From positions 1 to 64,000 of IMG/VR virus record IMGVR_UViG_3300021560_000014: 64,000 nucleotides of DNA; one strand, given 5' to 3'. Every line of letters begins with the position of its first letter. Position 1 is the stretch's first letter. A program made the translations under genes and the position numbers. Below the pieces are notes generated by a model that saw nothing but the letters and a program-made list of their open reading frames with translations, had not been told where the DNA came from and ran no database searches. Shown here in pieces: positions 9,340 through 18,800 of this stretch. The stretch is from a virus.

Positions 9340-9477
9340 TGACGGTGGGTGGCGGAGCGGGCGCTGGGTCGCTATGCGACCATATTTAGCTCCGCTCTCG
9401 CCACTTGAAGCCATCCGTTTCCTGCCCACGAGAGGCACCTTACTCGCGCGTACCCATGAAAGTCAACTAAACGGATC

Positions 9478-11154
9478 ATGCCAGCTGTATTTCAAGGATT
9501 GACCGATTATACTGCCAACGGCGCGGGCCTCTTTGTCCCGAGCTGGATGAAGCAGGGCGATCAGCCGCTCATGCGCGCCATCTCCCAGCTAGCCCAGGGC
9601 GTGGACACGAACGCTATCAGCCCCTCGGAGAAGCGTACCCTCGACAAGCAGCTGGAAAAGAAAATCGGCACTCTCTTCCGCATCTATTATAACCTTTGGA
9701 ACAGCTCGGTCGCGTGGGGCGCGGCGGAGAAGCCGGTGAGTACGCCGACGACCGAGCTGTTGCGTGAGACCATGCGGCAGTCGCTGATCGACCGCCTGCT
9801 GGTCAATGCCCGCGTCTTCCAGGTGCGCCATGTCTGCCGCCGCGTGGCCCATGACAGCCACGAGAAGGGCTGGAGCGTCAAGCACAAGCGGTGGGAGGAG
9901 TATGACTATAAGCCAACTCCCGACATCGACCGCCGCTGCCAGGAGATGGAGGAGCTGATCCTGCATCCCAACCCGGAGATTCACGGCGGCGTCAATCCGC
10001 TGCGCGATGCGCTGGCGAAGATGGTCCGGGGCGAGCTGGTGCTCGACCGCAAGGTCATGATCGTCATCAAGAACAAGTTCGGCATCCCGCAGTCCTGGCA
10101 CCTGCTGCCACCCGACCACATCAAGCCGCGCCTCCAGGTGCTGCTGAAGCATATGCAGGTGTTCAAGTTCTACTCGCAGGACCAGGCGATTCAGGACATC
10201 TGGAACAAATTCCAGGTGGACCTGACCAACGCCGCCTACGTGCAGGAAATCGACAACAAAATCTTTGGTGCGTGGACCGCCGACGAGTGCATCGTTGACT
10301 ACGTTAATCCGTCGGACGAGATGGACCGCTGGGGCTGGGGCGTCAGCCCGCTCGAAGAATCGCTCGAAGCCACCACCCTGCTGATGCTGGGCCTCTACTA
10401 TAACAAGCAGAATTTTCTCTCCAACTACCCGGAGGCGTTTCTCTTTATCAATGGCGATGTGGACCAGGAGGGGCTCGAAGTCTTCAAGAAGCAGATTTAT
10501 GCCCAGATTGGCACGCAGGGCAATCAGCGTCTGCCGGTCTTTGCTACTGGTGACAGCAACTTCCGCACTGAGCTGCACCGGCTTCGCGATTCTCTTACGG
10601 ACATGCAATTCATCCAGCTGCTCCGCTTTGCAATCGCGCTTAAATGTGCTGCTTACCGTGCTCATCCCAGCCTCATCAATTTCTCTCCTGATATGGGCGA
10701 CTCCAAGGCGCTCATTAATGAGGAGGACCAGGAGTCGGTGATCGCCAACTCCCAGGAGGAGGGCTATCACAGCCTGCTCGCCAACCTCGGCGACTTCATC
10801 ACCGCTGGCCTCATCGAGCCGGTCTATGACGACCTCCGCGTGGTCTGGTCGATTGAGGACCGCCCAACCAAGTCCGAATTGATCGACCTCTGGACCAAGC
10901 GTGTGGCGCTCGGCGACACCATCGACGAGTACCGCCGCGACATGCACGAGCCGCCGCTGGAGGAAGTCACCGACGGCCAGTTCTCGGGCAAAATGGTCAA
11001 TTCCCCTTTTGCACTTCAATACGCCCAGATGAAGGAGCAGTCGGCTATGCAACAGCAGCAGCTCCAGATGGAGCAGCAGCGCAACAGTGGCGAGGGGTTC
11101 TCCGGCATGGAAGCACAGGAGGGGCAAGCTCCGTCCCGGCTCCAGGGTAGATGA
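9478..11154 (+). CDS. Portal protein
   Basis: 558 aa downstream of terL; WGVSPLE and DMQFIQLL motifs resemble portals of large myoviruses. Confidence 0.88.
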   Translation: MPAVFQGLTDYTANGAGLFVPSWMKQGDQPLMRAISQLAQGVDTNAISPSEKRTLDKQLEKKIGTLFRIYYNLWNSSVAWGAAEKPVSTPTTELLRETMRQSLIDRLLVNARVFQVRHVCRRVAHDSHEKGWSVKHKRWEEYDYKPTPDIDRRCQEMEELILHPNPEIHGGVNPLRDALAKMVRGELVLDRKVMIVIKNKFGIPQSWHLLPPDHIKPRLQVLLKHMQVFKFYSQDQAIQDIWNKFQVDLTNAAYVQEIDNKIFGAWTADECIVDYVNPSDEMDRWGWGVSPLEESLEATTLLMLGLYYNKQNFLSNYPEAFLFINGDVDQEGLEVFKKQIYAQIGTQGNQRLPVFATGDSNFRTELHRLRDSLTDMQFIQLLRFAIALKCAAYRAHPSLINFSPDMGDSKALINEEDQESVIANSQEEGYHSLLANLGDFITAGLIEPVYDDLRVVWSIEDRPTKSELIDLWTKRVALGDTIDEYRRDMHEPPLEEVTDGQFSGKMVNSPFALQYAQMKEQSAMQQQQLQMEQQRNSGEGFSGMEAQEGQAPSRLQGR

Positions 11155-11315
11155 GGAAGGGTGCGGTCCCGCACTGGGTGCTGGTCGTGATGATCGTGAT
11201 CCTGTTCGTTGGCTATTTGATTAGCTGCTGTGTCACCTTGCAGCACGCGCCGGACACCACCCACGTCCTGCCCGCGCCGCAGGCGACCCCGGTGGGTTCC
11301 ACCAATGCCACGTAA
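11151..11315 (+). CDS. Small membrane or lipoprotein-like peptide
   Basis: ATGA overlap with the portal stop; MRKGAVPHWVLVVMIVILFVGYLISCC. Confidence 0.5.
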   Translation: MRKGAVPHWVLVVMIVILFVGYLISCCVTLQHAPDTTHVLPAPQATPVGSTNAT

Positions 11316-11913
11316 ACCGGGCCAGCGTACGGGCCGCGATGAGGGGCTCGTCATCAACGTGGTGCGCAAGCACACCGGCCCGAAGTCCCGCGCCTACTCG
11401 CGCGGCGCAACCCAGAAGTTCGGCTTTGCCGGGGGCATCGGCGCGCCCAGCCCGGTAAGAGTCTCCGGTCAGCCCACCTGGAGCGGCAGCACACAGACAA
11501 CAAATCCCAAGCCTGCGGCCCCGTTTCCTGCCCACCCCGAGCACTGGCACCGCGATGAGGACGGCACCATCACCAAGGGCGAGGCCCCGGTCGAGGAGGA
11601 GGTTGAGCATATTCACCGGCTCTCCCATGAGCACGTAAAGCGTGGCCACATTGTGGCCTTTGAAATTCCGCACTTTGGCGTCAAGGGTGAGGGGGAGGTG
11701 ACAGCCTATGGCCCGCGCGGCGTCACCATCCGCGATGGTGAGGGCGGCATGCGGCGGCTCTTCTATCACGAGCTGAACGAGGTCCGGCCTCCGGAGCCGC
11801 CCGAGAAGAAAAAGCCCAAAAAGAAGGAGCCGGTCGTTACTGGCACCAATATCCGCTCGGTGCTGCACGGCATCCGCAAGTGGTGGCAAAAGGAACGCGA
11901 GAAGAAGAAATAA
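11305..11913 (+). CDS. Hypothetical protein
   Basis: ORF from ATG 11305; contains an in-frame 21-bp motif (AAPFPAH). Confidence 0.6.
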   Translation: MPRKPGQRTGRDEGLVINVVRKHTGPKSRAYSRGATQKFGFAGGIGAPSPVRVSGQPTWSGSTQTTNPKPAAPFPAHPEHWHRDEDGTITKGEAPVEEEVEHIHRLSHEHVKRGHIVAFEIPHFGVKGEGEVTAYGPRGVTIRDGEGGMRRLFYHELNEVRPPEPPEKKKPKKKEPVVTGTNIRSVLHGIRKWWQKEREKKK

Positions 11914-12007
11914 TCGGTGTGGGCTGCCTGTTTGAAGGACTGGGCATGAGAGACCCCCACCCTCCTCGCCTGGTGCCGGAGACTGGTGGCCCACCAAACG
12001 GAGGCAC

Positions 12008-12268
12008 ATGAAATACGCTCTGCTGAGTTTGCCCTTCCTGCTGCTGGTGGCGGCCTCGCCTTCACCGCCGCCCTCCCCTACCCTGCCGCCGAGCGCCGTG
12101 GCCACGCCGTCCTCCCCTACCCCACCGGCCAAAATGCAGGCCACGCCACCCGCGCCGCCGATGACGGTCACCCCCTCGCCCAAGGCCACGCCGACGCCGA
12201 AACCCAAGGCCAGCAGGCATTCCAAGCGCCACAAGGCCGAAACCCTCAAGATGCATTATTGGGAGTGA
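12008..12268 (+). CDS. Small Pro-rich secreted protein
   Basis: GGAGG RBS; hydrophobic N-terminus MKYALLSLPFLLLVAA. Confidence 0.65.
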   Translation: MKYALLSLPFLLLVAASPSPPPSPTLPPSAVATPSSPTPPAKMQATPPAPPMTVTPSPKATPTPKPKASRHSKRHKAETLKMHYWE

Positions 12269-12270
12269 AT

Positions 12271-12630
12271 ATGAAACGCTGTCTTTTTCTACTCGGCTTT
12301 CTGCTCTGCCTTGGCGGCAGGGCGTGGGCGCTGGGCGGTTGCACCTATCATGCGACGGTGACAAGCGCCAGCACGGCGCTGGCCAATACCTTCACCGACC
12401 GCGTCACCGGTCAGGCCAAGAGCCGTCACTATCTGTTCGTGCAGAACACTGGCACTGCCAATCCGATGAACATCGCCGTCGCCTCGGGCAACAATGCTCA
12501 GGCGGGTGACACTTACCTGGCTCCTGGCGCGGCCTTCGTGCTGGGACCGAGTGAGCAGGGCATCGTCCCTGGCGGCGACGTGGCGGCGATCAGCGCCTCA
12601 GGTACTACGGCTGCGTTCTGTGAGTATTGA
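12271..12630 (+). CDS. Secreted beta-rich protein
   Basis: Signal peptide MKRCLFLLGFLLCLGGRAWA. Confidence 0.65.
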   Translation: MKRCLFLLGFLLCLGGRAWALGGCTYHATVTSASTALANTFTDRVTGQAKSRHYLFVQNTGTANPMNIAVASGNNAQAGDTYLAPGAAFVLGPSEQGIVPGGDVAAISASGTTAAFCEY

Positions 12631-13055
12631 GCATGAGACGCATAGTAATGGGAATCCTTATCGTGCTGCTCGGGGCCTCGGTGGCCTGTGGGCAGACCAT
12701 AGGCGGTCACAACCCTGGGGTCACCGCCGCGCCGGGCGCTGTTCTTCCGACCTTTGCGCCGACTTATGGTCCGACGACGACGCCGGACCTGAGCAAGTCG
12801 CTGGTGCAGGCCGTTACCATCACTAACTCGTCGGCGTGGATTTTGGGCAACCCGCTCAATGCGGTCTCGGGCCAGACGTGGACGCTGGAATTGATCAGTG
12901 GTGTGGGGATCACGCCGGGCACGCTTACGCTGGGAGGCCAATACCGGAGCGATGGCAGCGTGACTCCGCCAGCGGCGACCAAACGCACGCAGTGCCGCGC
13001 GGTAAACGAGAGCGCGACCTTCACGCTTATCGGCGGCTGTACGCCAGGTGCATAG
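12627..13055 (+). CDS. Secreted protein
   Basis: Signal peptide followed by GQTIGGHNPGVTA. Confidence 0.65.
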   Translation: MSMRRIVMGILIVLLGASVACGQTIGGHNPGVTAAPGAVLPTFAPTYGPTTTPDLSKSLVQAVTITNSSAWILGNPLNAVSGQTWTLELISGVGITPGTLTLGGQYRSDGSVTPPAATKRTQCRAVNESATFTLIGGCTPGA

Positions 13056-13063
13056 GTGGTGCT

Positions 13064-13570
13064 ATGAAGCGTTTGATCTCGACAATCCTGGCTGTTCTGC
13101 TGCTTGCGGGGACAGCTCTGGGACAGACCCTCGGCGGCCACAACTCCGGCGTCACTGCCGTGCAGGGCGCTTCCGGTCCTCCTCCGGCTCAGTTCACACA
13201 GGGCAGCGATCAGCCCGCTCCAGCTGGTAATAACACGACCGCCCTGCAAATGCCGACCACGGTGTTGACGGGTAAGTATTACTCGCAGGTGTGGGGCGCA
13301 GTTGGGCTTTTATTGGGGGCGACGCCGCCGACCTCCATCACCCTCGGGTTCGCTTATTACGGCCAAAGTTCGTTTCAGACCCTGACCGTGCCGGTCGGAA
13401 TGCTGGTGGCCAACGCCAATCTGATAATTCCGTTTGCGGTACAAACTCCGGATTGGAACACCGCCAATCAGTACAGCATCATGACAGTCAACGTGCTGGC
13501 AGCTGGGCAGGCTGTGACGATAAAAGCCGGTACATCCTCGGCGATAGAGACCTGGAGTCCGCACTCCTGA
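13064..13570 (+). CDS. Secreted protein sharing its N-terminus with the upstream gene
   Basis: Signal peptide followed by GQTLGGHNSGVTA. Confidence 0.65.
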   Translation: MKRLISTILAVLLLAGTALGQTLGGHNSGVTAVQGASGPPPAQFTQGSDQPAPAGNNTTALQMPTTVLTGKYYSQVWGAVGLLLGATPPTSITLGFAYYGQSSFQTLTVPVGMLVANANLIIPFAVQTPDWNTANQYSIMTVNVLAAGQAVTIKAGTSSAIETWSPHS

Positions 13571-13583
13571 TGGGGAGGCCGCG

Positions 13584-14891
13584 ATGCCCGTTAATGTTGT
13601 CCACTCGAAACGTCAGGAGAAGATGTGGGAGCACGCCAAGACGCTCGCGGGCCAGAGCGGCGCGAAGAACAAGTGGGCGCTGGTGATGCACATCTTCCAG
13701 AACCAGAAGAAAGCTGGAAAGGTCGCCCACCTCGATAAGTCCATGTCCTCCGACCTGGTCGGCGAGGAGCTGGTCATTGCCCGTGGCCACGTCCTGCGCC
13801 GCTCGGTCTTCGAGAGCCTCCTTCAGGTTGACCATGACCCGCTGGCCTTCCTCTTCAAGAGCGAGGCCGACACCCCTGAGGAGTGGCATTCCAACCACCC
13901 CGACGGGGTCCATGAGTTGCACGCCATCGCCAACGACTACATGAAGCCGCGCCGCCTCGGCCAGTTGCGCACGGCCCACCTCTCGGGCGGCTGGCGCACT
14001 GGCAACGGCCTCGACCCCAAGGTCGGCACCCGTATCGCCCGTGCCTACGAGGGGGCACAGCACAATCCAGCTGATCCTGCGGTGCAGAATTCCTACAAGG
14101 CTTTCCGGCGCGAGGTGAAGGCGCAGGCCGACCACCTGACCGCGCATGGCTACAAGGCCGAGCCCTGGACCGGGGCGGGCCAGCCGTACAAGAACGCCCA
14201 GGAGATGTCGCACGACGTGCGGCACAACAAGCACATCTATTATTTCAAGTCCGAGCAGGGCTCGCCGACGCACAAGCTGCTGCCCAATGAGGACAACGAC
14301 CGCTTCCGCTGGGTGCATGACGTGTTCGGCCACGCCATGGGCGGCAACAAATTCGGTCCCCGACCCTCGCATGGTGAGACTCATGCTTTCCTCGATCATT
14401 ACCAGATGTTTTCGCCAGCTGCGCGCCATGCGCTGGCGACTGAGACGCTGGGGCAGAACTCGTGGTTCAATTTCTCCAAGCACAATGAGGGCAGGCCAAT
14501 TCATGAGAAGGAATTTGCTCAGCAGAAGGCGACGCTCCTCCATCCGTCGCTCTACGAGGGCCTGCTGAAGCACACCGGGCTGCTGAAAGCATTTGCTCAG
14601 GATGATGAGTACCCCGAGGACTATGGCTATTGCCCGGCCCATCCCCGTGCGCGGCATAATCCCGAGCTGTCCAAGGCCGGGGGTCCCCGAGGCATGCACG
14701 TGCGTCCGCTCGGCGATTCACTGCGCCAGCAGCGCGATCTTGAGGAGAAGCGCTATTCGACCGCGCTCAGGCCGCGTGCGCCTAAGTTGGCCTCGACGGA
14801 GACTGTGGGCAAGGGCAAGAAACCGAAGCTGCCAGCGTTGCCGCAGACACTGGCCCGCTCTATCGTTGGATTCATTCGGAGGGTGTCATGA
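13584..14891 (+). CDS. Putative head-associated protein with HDxxGH (zincin-like) domain
   Basis: FRWVHDVFGH...GE...ETLGQNSW...FAQQK; several K-S/K-A motifs. Confidence 0.65.
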   Translation: MPVNVVHSKRQEKMWEHAKTLAGQSGAKNKWALVMHIFQNQKKAGKVAHLDKSMSSDLVGEELVIARGHVLRRSVFESLLQVDHDPLAFLFKSEADTPEEWHSNHPDGVHELHAIANDYMKPRRLGQLRTAHLSGGWRTGNGLDPKVGTRIARAYEGAQHNPADPAVQNSYKAFRREVKAQADHLTAHGYKAEPWTGAGQPYKNAQEMSHDVRHNKHIYYFKSEQGSPTHKLLPNEDNDRFRWVHDVFGHAMGGNKFGPRPSHGETHAFLDHYQMFSPAARHALATETLGQNSWFNFSKHNEGRPIHEKEFAQQKATLLHPSLYEGLLKHTGLLKAFAQDDEYPEDYGYCPAHPRARHNPELSKAGGPRGMHVRPLGDSLRQQRDLEEKRYSTALRPRAPKLASTETVGKGKKPKLPALPQTLARSIVGFIRRVS

Positions 14892-15847
14892 GCTGTAAAG
14901 TCTGCCACGACCGTGGCTATATCCAGGTGGCATGGGGCAAGAGCGGTGAGCTTCAGATGACTAACCGCCGCTGCCCGGCATGTTCGACCACCGAGGACGA
15001 GATGTGGATGGCCAAGGCCGAGCGCCTGGACATCAACAAGCTCTCCCCGGAGTGGCAGACGTACATCCGCAACATGCCCGAGCCTGAGCCCTTGCCGGTC
15101 GATAAGAGGCCGCGCCTGCTCAAGCCATCCGAGGAGGTGGGAGGCGCGCCTGCTAAAAGGAGCCCGGCCAGGGATTGGGCGCGCAAGCTGAACCCCAAGA
15201 TACTGGAGCGCTATGGCAAGAGCGAGAAGGAGTCCGAGGCCCCCAAGGTCTCCGGGCACGGCAAGCTCTCCGAGCACACCCGCTCACGTATCGGTGCGGC
15301 TGGCTCCTCCAAGCGTGAGGAGATGCCCTCACACGTCTTCCTGCTCGGTGCTCAGCGCAAGTACCCAGTAAAACTCAAGTCCGGCGACAAGTGGGCCTAT
15401 TCGCCCCGGCTGCTCCTGGCAGCTGCACGGCGGGCGCGGATGCAGGGCCGCAGTGACCTCGCCTCGCGTGCTGACGCCATCCGGGCGCGGCTGGACAAGG
15501 GCTTCGCGCCTCATGTCAGCGGCATTCGCGAGCACCTCCTGCTGAAATCCCAGGGCTTCTACAAATCCTCCCGGCTGGGCCGGGCCTGGCGCTGGAACTG
15601 CAGCTGTGGCCACGCGGACACCGCGCCGACCGAACAGGAGGCCATCGATCAGTACGTCATGCACCGCGAGGAGGCGGGCATCCCGACCGGCGCATGGGGT
15701 CCGAACATGGGCCACCATCAGCTGCGCGAGGTGCAGGACACCCGCGACAGCGTAAAACACGCGCTCCCGGCGATGCAGGGCGTGCCGCCGCTGGCGGCCT
15801 ACATGCCGCCCTCGGGCATCATGGGTTTTCTGGAGCACCATGGTTAA
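14888..15847 (+). CDS. Putative head-associated multi-segment protein with Zn-ribbon motifs
   Basis: CxxC...CxxC start, KYPV segment, MAKA/LDKG/LLKS motifs. Confidence 0.6.
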   Translation: MSCKVCHDRGYIQVAWGKSGELQMTNRRCPACSTTEDEMWMAKAERLDINKLSPEWQTYIRNMPEPEPLPVDKRPRLLKPSEEVGGAPAKRSPARDWARKLNPKILERYGKSEKESEAPKVSGHGKLSEHTRSRIGAAGSSKREEMPSHVFLLGAQRKYPVKLKSGDKWAYSPRLLLAAARRARMQGRSDLASRADAIRARLDKGFAPHVSGIREHLLLKSQGFYKSSRLGRAWRWNCSCGHADTAPTEQEAIDQYVMHREEAGIPTGAWGPNMGHHQLREVQDTRDSVKHALPAMQGVPPLAAYMPPSGIMGFLEHHG

Positions 15848-18800
15848 TCCGATCATCGTTCTTGAGGTCTTCGATCTGTTCCAGAAGAGCCTCAGGCCAA
15901 CTACAAGTTGGAAACCCCTTGGTGATGGTTGGCACCAGGAGCCTCCCACGCCTCAGGCTGTAGCTAGAGCCAAGGTCAAAGGAGAGAAAGCCCAAGGTAA
16001 GCAGTGGCAGATTCACGAGTTTGCCAATGACGATTCCGCCCGTGTTGCACATATCATCAACCAGCTGATGCCCAAGGCCCCCGAAGGCAAGCTGGTCATC
16101 CACAACGACAAGATTGCCCTTGCCCGTGAGGCTGTACCGCAAGGCTACAAGAAGCTGGAGGGCCAGCCTGCTGAGCGCCATCGTGAGCGCATGGCCGGTC
16201 TTCATGCTCTGCTCAATACCAGTCCCGAGCACTTTGAACATTTCGCGCCGAAGGGCGATGACAGTGCTGGGGAGGTCCGCTCCCGCAGTACCGGCAAGGG
16301 GCTTTTCAATCATCTCAATGAGCAAAAGGACTGGGTCCCGGCCCGACATCTGGTAAGTCATCTTGCCGGTCAGATTCCCTCTGAGGGCCTGACCCGAGGC
16401 GTGAAGGATGCTGTCCAGCTCAGTGATGACCGGCTCGAAGACGCCATCGGTGATGCCGGGCTCGTTCCTGAGCACGCTGATTCCTTGTTGGAGCGGCTCA
16501 AGTCCCGGCGTGAGGATTTGCGCAAGCTGCTGGCCAGTGGTGAACTGCCGGGCGATTCCAACGAGAATAAGGCTTTCGCCGACAAGTATGACCCTGAGAG
16601 CTATGAGCGCGGGCCGCTGGTCGGGGCACCGCCGAACATCAAGACGCCGAAGGATCGTGAGGCGCTCAAGAAGCAGCTGGGACAGCTGGCTGACAAGGGC
16701 GCATTCGGCGCTGGCTGGTATCGCGACAGCGCGCAGGCGGTACATGATCGTTTCGGCGGCAACCTGCCCAAGATTCAGAAATACCTGGCGCTGCTGGCTG
16801 CGTATTCGCCGCAGTCAACTCCCAACCCCAACACTGAAGCAGCTGAGCGTGCGTGGCAGCATCATGAAGCGGGCCTGCCCAAGGAGACCCTGCGCGGCGG
16901 CGGTACCAACGAGCAGGACGATCAGGCTCGCGCGCTGCTCTACCACAATCACTGGCACTCGGGGCTGAAGACCAACGCCTTTTACCGCAACCTGATGCAC
17001 TACATCAAGGGAGGCACTGACCGGCCTCCCACCGCTGACGAGATGGCCAGGGGCGAGCTGCAGCCGGTTACCGTGGACCGCTGGGCCGCCCGCTCCATCG
17101 GCTATCCGATTCAGCTTGGCGAAAGCGCTCAAGAGGGTGAGGCCAAAGAGCGGACGGTAAGTCCCAGCAACTATCGCTTCTCGCGGCAGATTCTGAATGA
17201 GGTGGCCCACGAGAAGAAGCTCTCCGCGCATGAGCTGCAGGAGCGGATGTGGGTCGCCGAGAAGGGTGGCGCACTCGCGCGCAAGAACCTGATTGCCAAC
17301 TACGCCAAGGCCAAGGGCGAAAGCGTCAAGGACCTTACCAAGCAGGTCAACGCGGGCAACATCCCGGCTGGACTGGCGCGCCCGCTGAAGAACATCAAGA
17401 TTGACCCCAAGGCGATGACGGCCTCGAAGGAGAGCTTCGCGACCGGCCTGCATGAGCTGGGAGGCCATGTGGTCTCCGATCTGACTCCTGACCCGAGCAT
17501 GCTCGATACCAGCCAGCACTCCCATGAGCACAGGCAGGAGCTTCACAATCGGCTGCTGGAAGCACTCCACCAGGACAAGCGGCTGCGGGCCGCTGAGTTG
17601 CTCGGTGTCGGCGGCGCTCCGGCCAAGGTCGGGGCTTCCGGTCACCTCTACGCGGGTGCCGTGATGCCTCGGTCGTTGATTTCCGTGGCCGCGCAGGAAG
17701 GCGTCCCGTCTGGTGATCTGGCTTTGATGCGCGGTCAGATCACCCCGAACTCGCTGCGGCGCATTCGTGGCATGGCCCATGGGCTGGCTCATCTTCTTGG
17801 CCAGAAGTCAGTCGAGTTCCATCGCCCGATTAATGTCCAGGGTTTTCGCAAGGAAGACCTGAACGGGACCAACCTCAAGACCGGCGAGCTGGCCCCGCAT
17901 GAGCTGCACGCCCTGCAGCAAGCCATCTCGCAGAAGCTGGGAACTCCCACGGTCCCGGTCCCTTACGGGGACGGCGTTTACGTCGTCAACCATTCAGGTC
18001 GTCCGAACGACGATTTTCATGAAGCAGTTAAAGCCACCGCCAATGAGGTCCTGAACCAGCCGCAAGTCAGCACCATCGGCGGCGCTGCTGGCCGTCAGCG
18101 GCGGCGGCCCGACATTGACGCCGGACGGTTCTATGCTTCCGGCGAACGTCTGGAGGATACCAGTGAAGGTCATCGACAAAGGGCCGTTGCCTCCCTCGGA
18201 CCCGCTCTTTCGGGAAGGTTTTTCGCTGAACACGCTCCACTCCTTAGACCCGTCTATGAGCAGTACGCCCGCGAGCACGGGGTCCCGCTCAACCTCCCGT
18301 CCGCGTATAGTGCTGGCGAGGAAGAACCAAAAAAGAAAGCCAGAAAGAAAGTAGCGGCCCTGGCACGGGCCTGGGGCTGGCTGACGCGAGGACGCGTCGA
18401 GGGGGAGGAGCCCTTCGCTACGCGAGACCCCAACGAAGCGCGCGAGCCATCCAATGTGCGAGACCCAGACGATGAGCGCGAGCCCCTCAGCACGCGAAAC
18501 CCGAATCTGCCGCGCGAGCCGATGTGGGGGCGAAGCCCAGACGAGACGCGTGACACCCTAAACTTGCGGCCCCGTTTCCTGCCCACCCTGGTGCTGAAGT
18601 CATGGTTACTGCCGGACGCGGAGGAAGAGGTTGAAGGCGAGGTCCAAAAATCGGGTGGACGCGCCGCCGACTTCTTTTCCTCCGCTCCTTTAACGGTGCT
18701 GAGCAAATCCATTGCCCCTCGGCCCAAGGCCCGTAAACCCCCTGGCGGCCTGAGCCGGATGATGTACAGCGATCCGGCGCTTAGCCAGTTCGACATGACC

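Noticed and set aside
9430-9465. GCGTACCC as a degenerate array unit
   Set aside because: No matching repeat A at the correct spacing.
9589-11127. Long antisense ORFs (also 13488-14699, 23944-25167, 29706-30884, 39101-40267, 54168-55610)
   Set aside because: Shadow frames of high-GC genes with no recognisable motifs.
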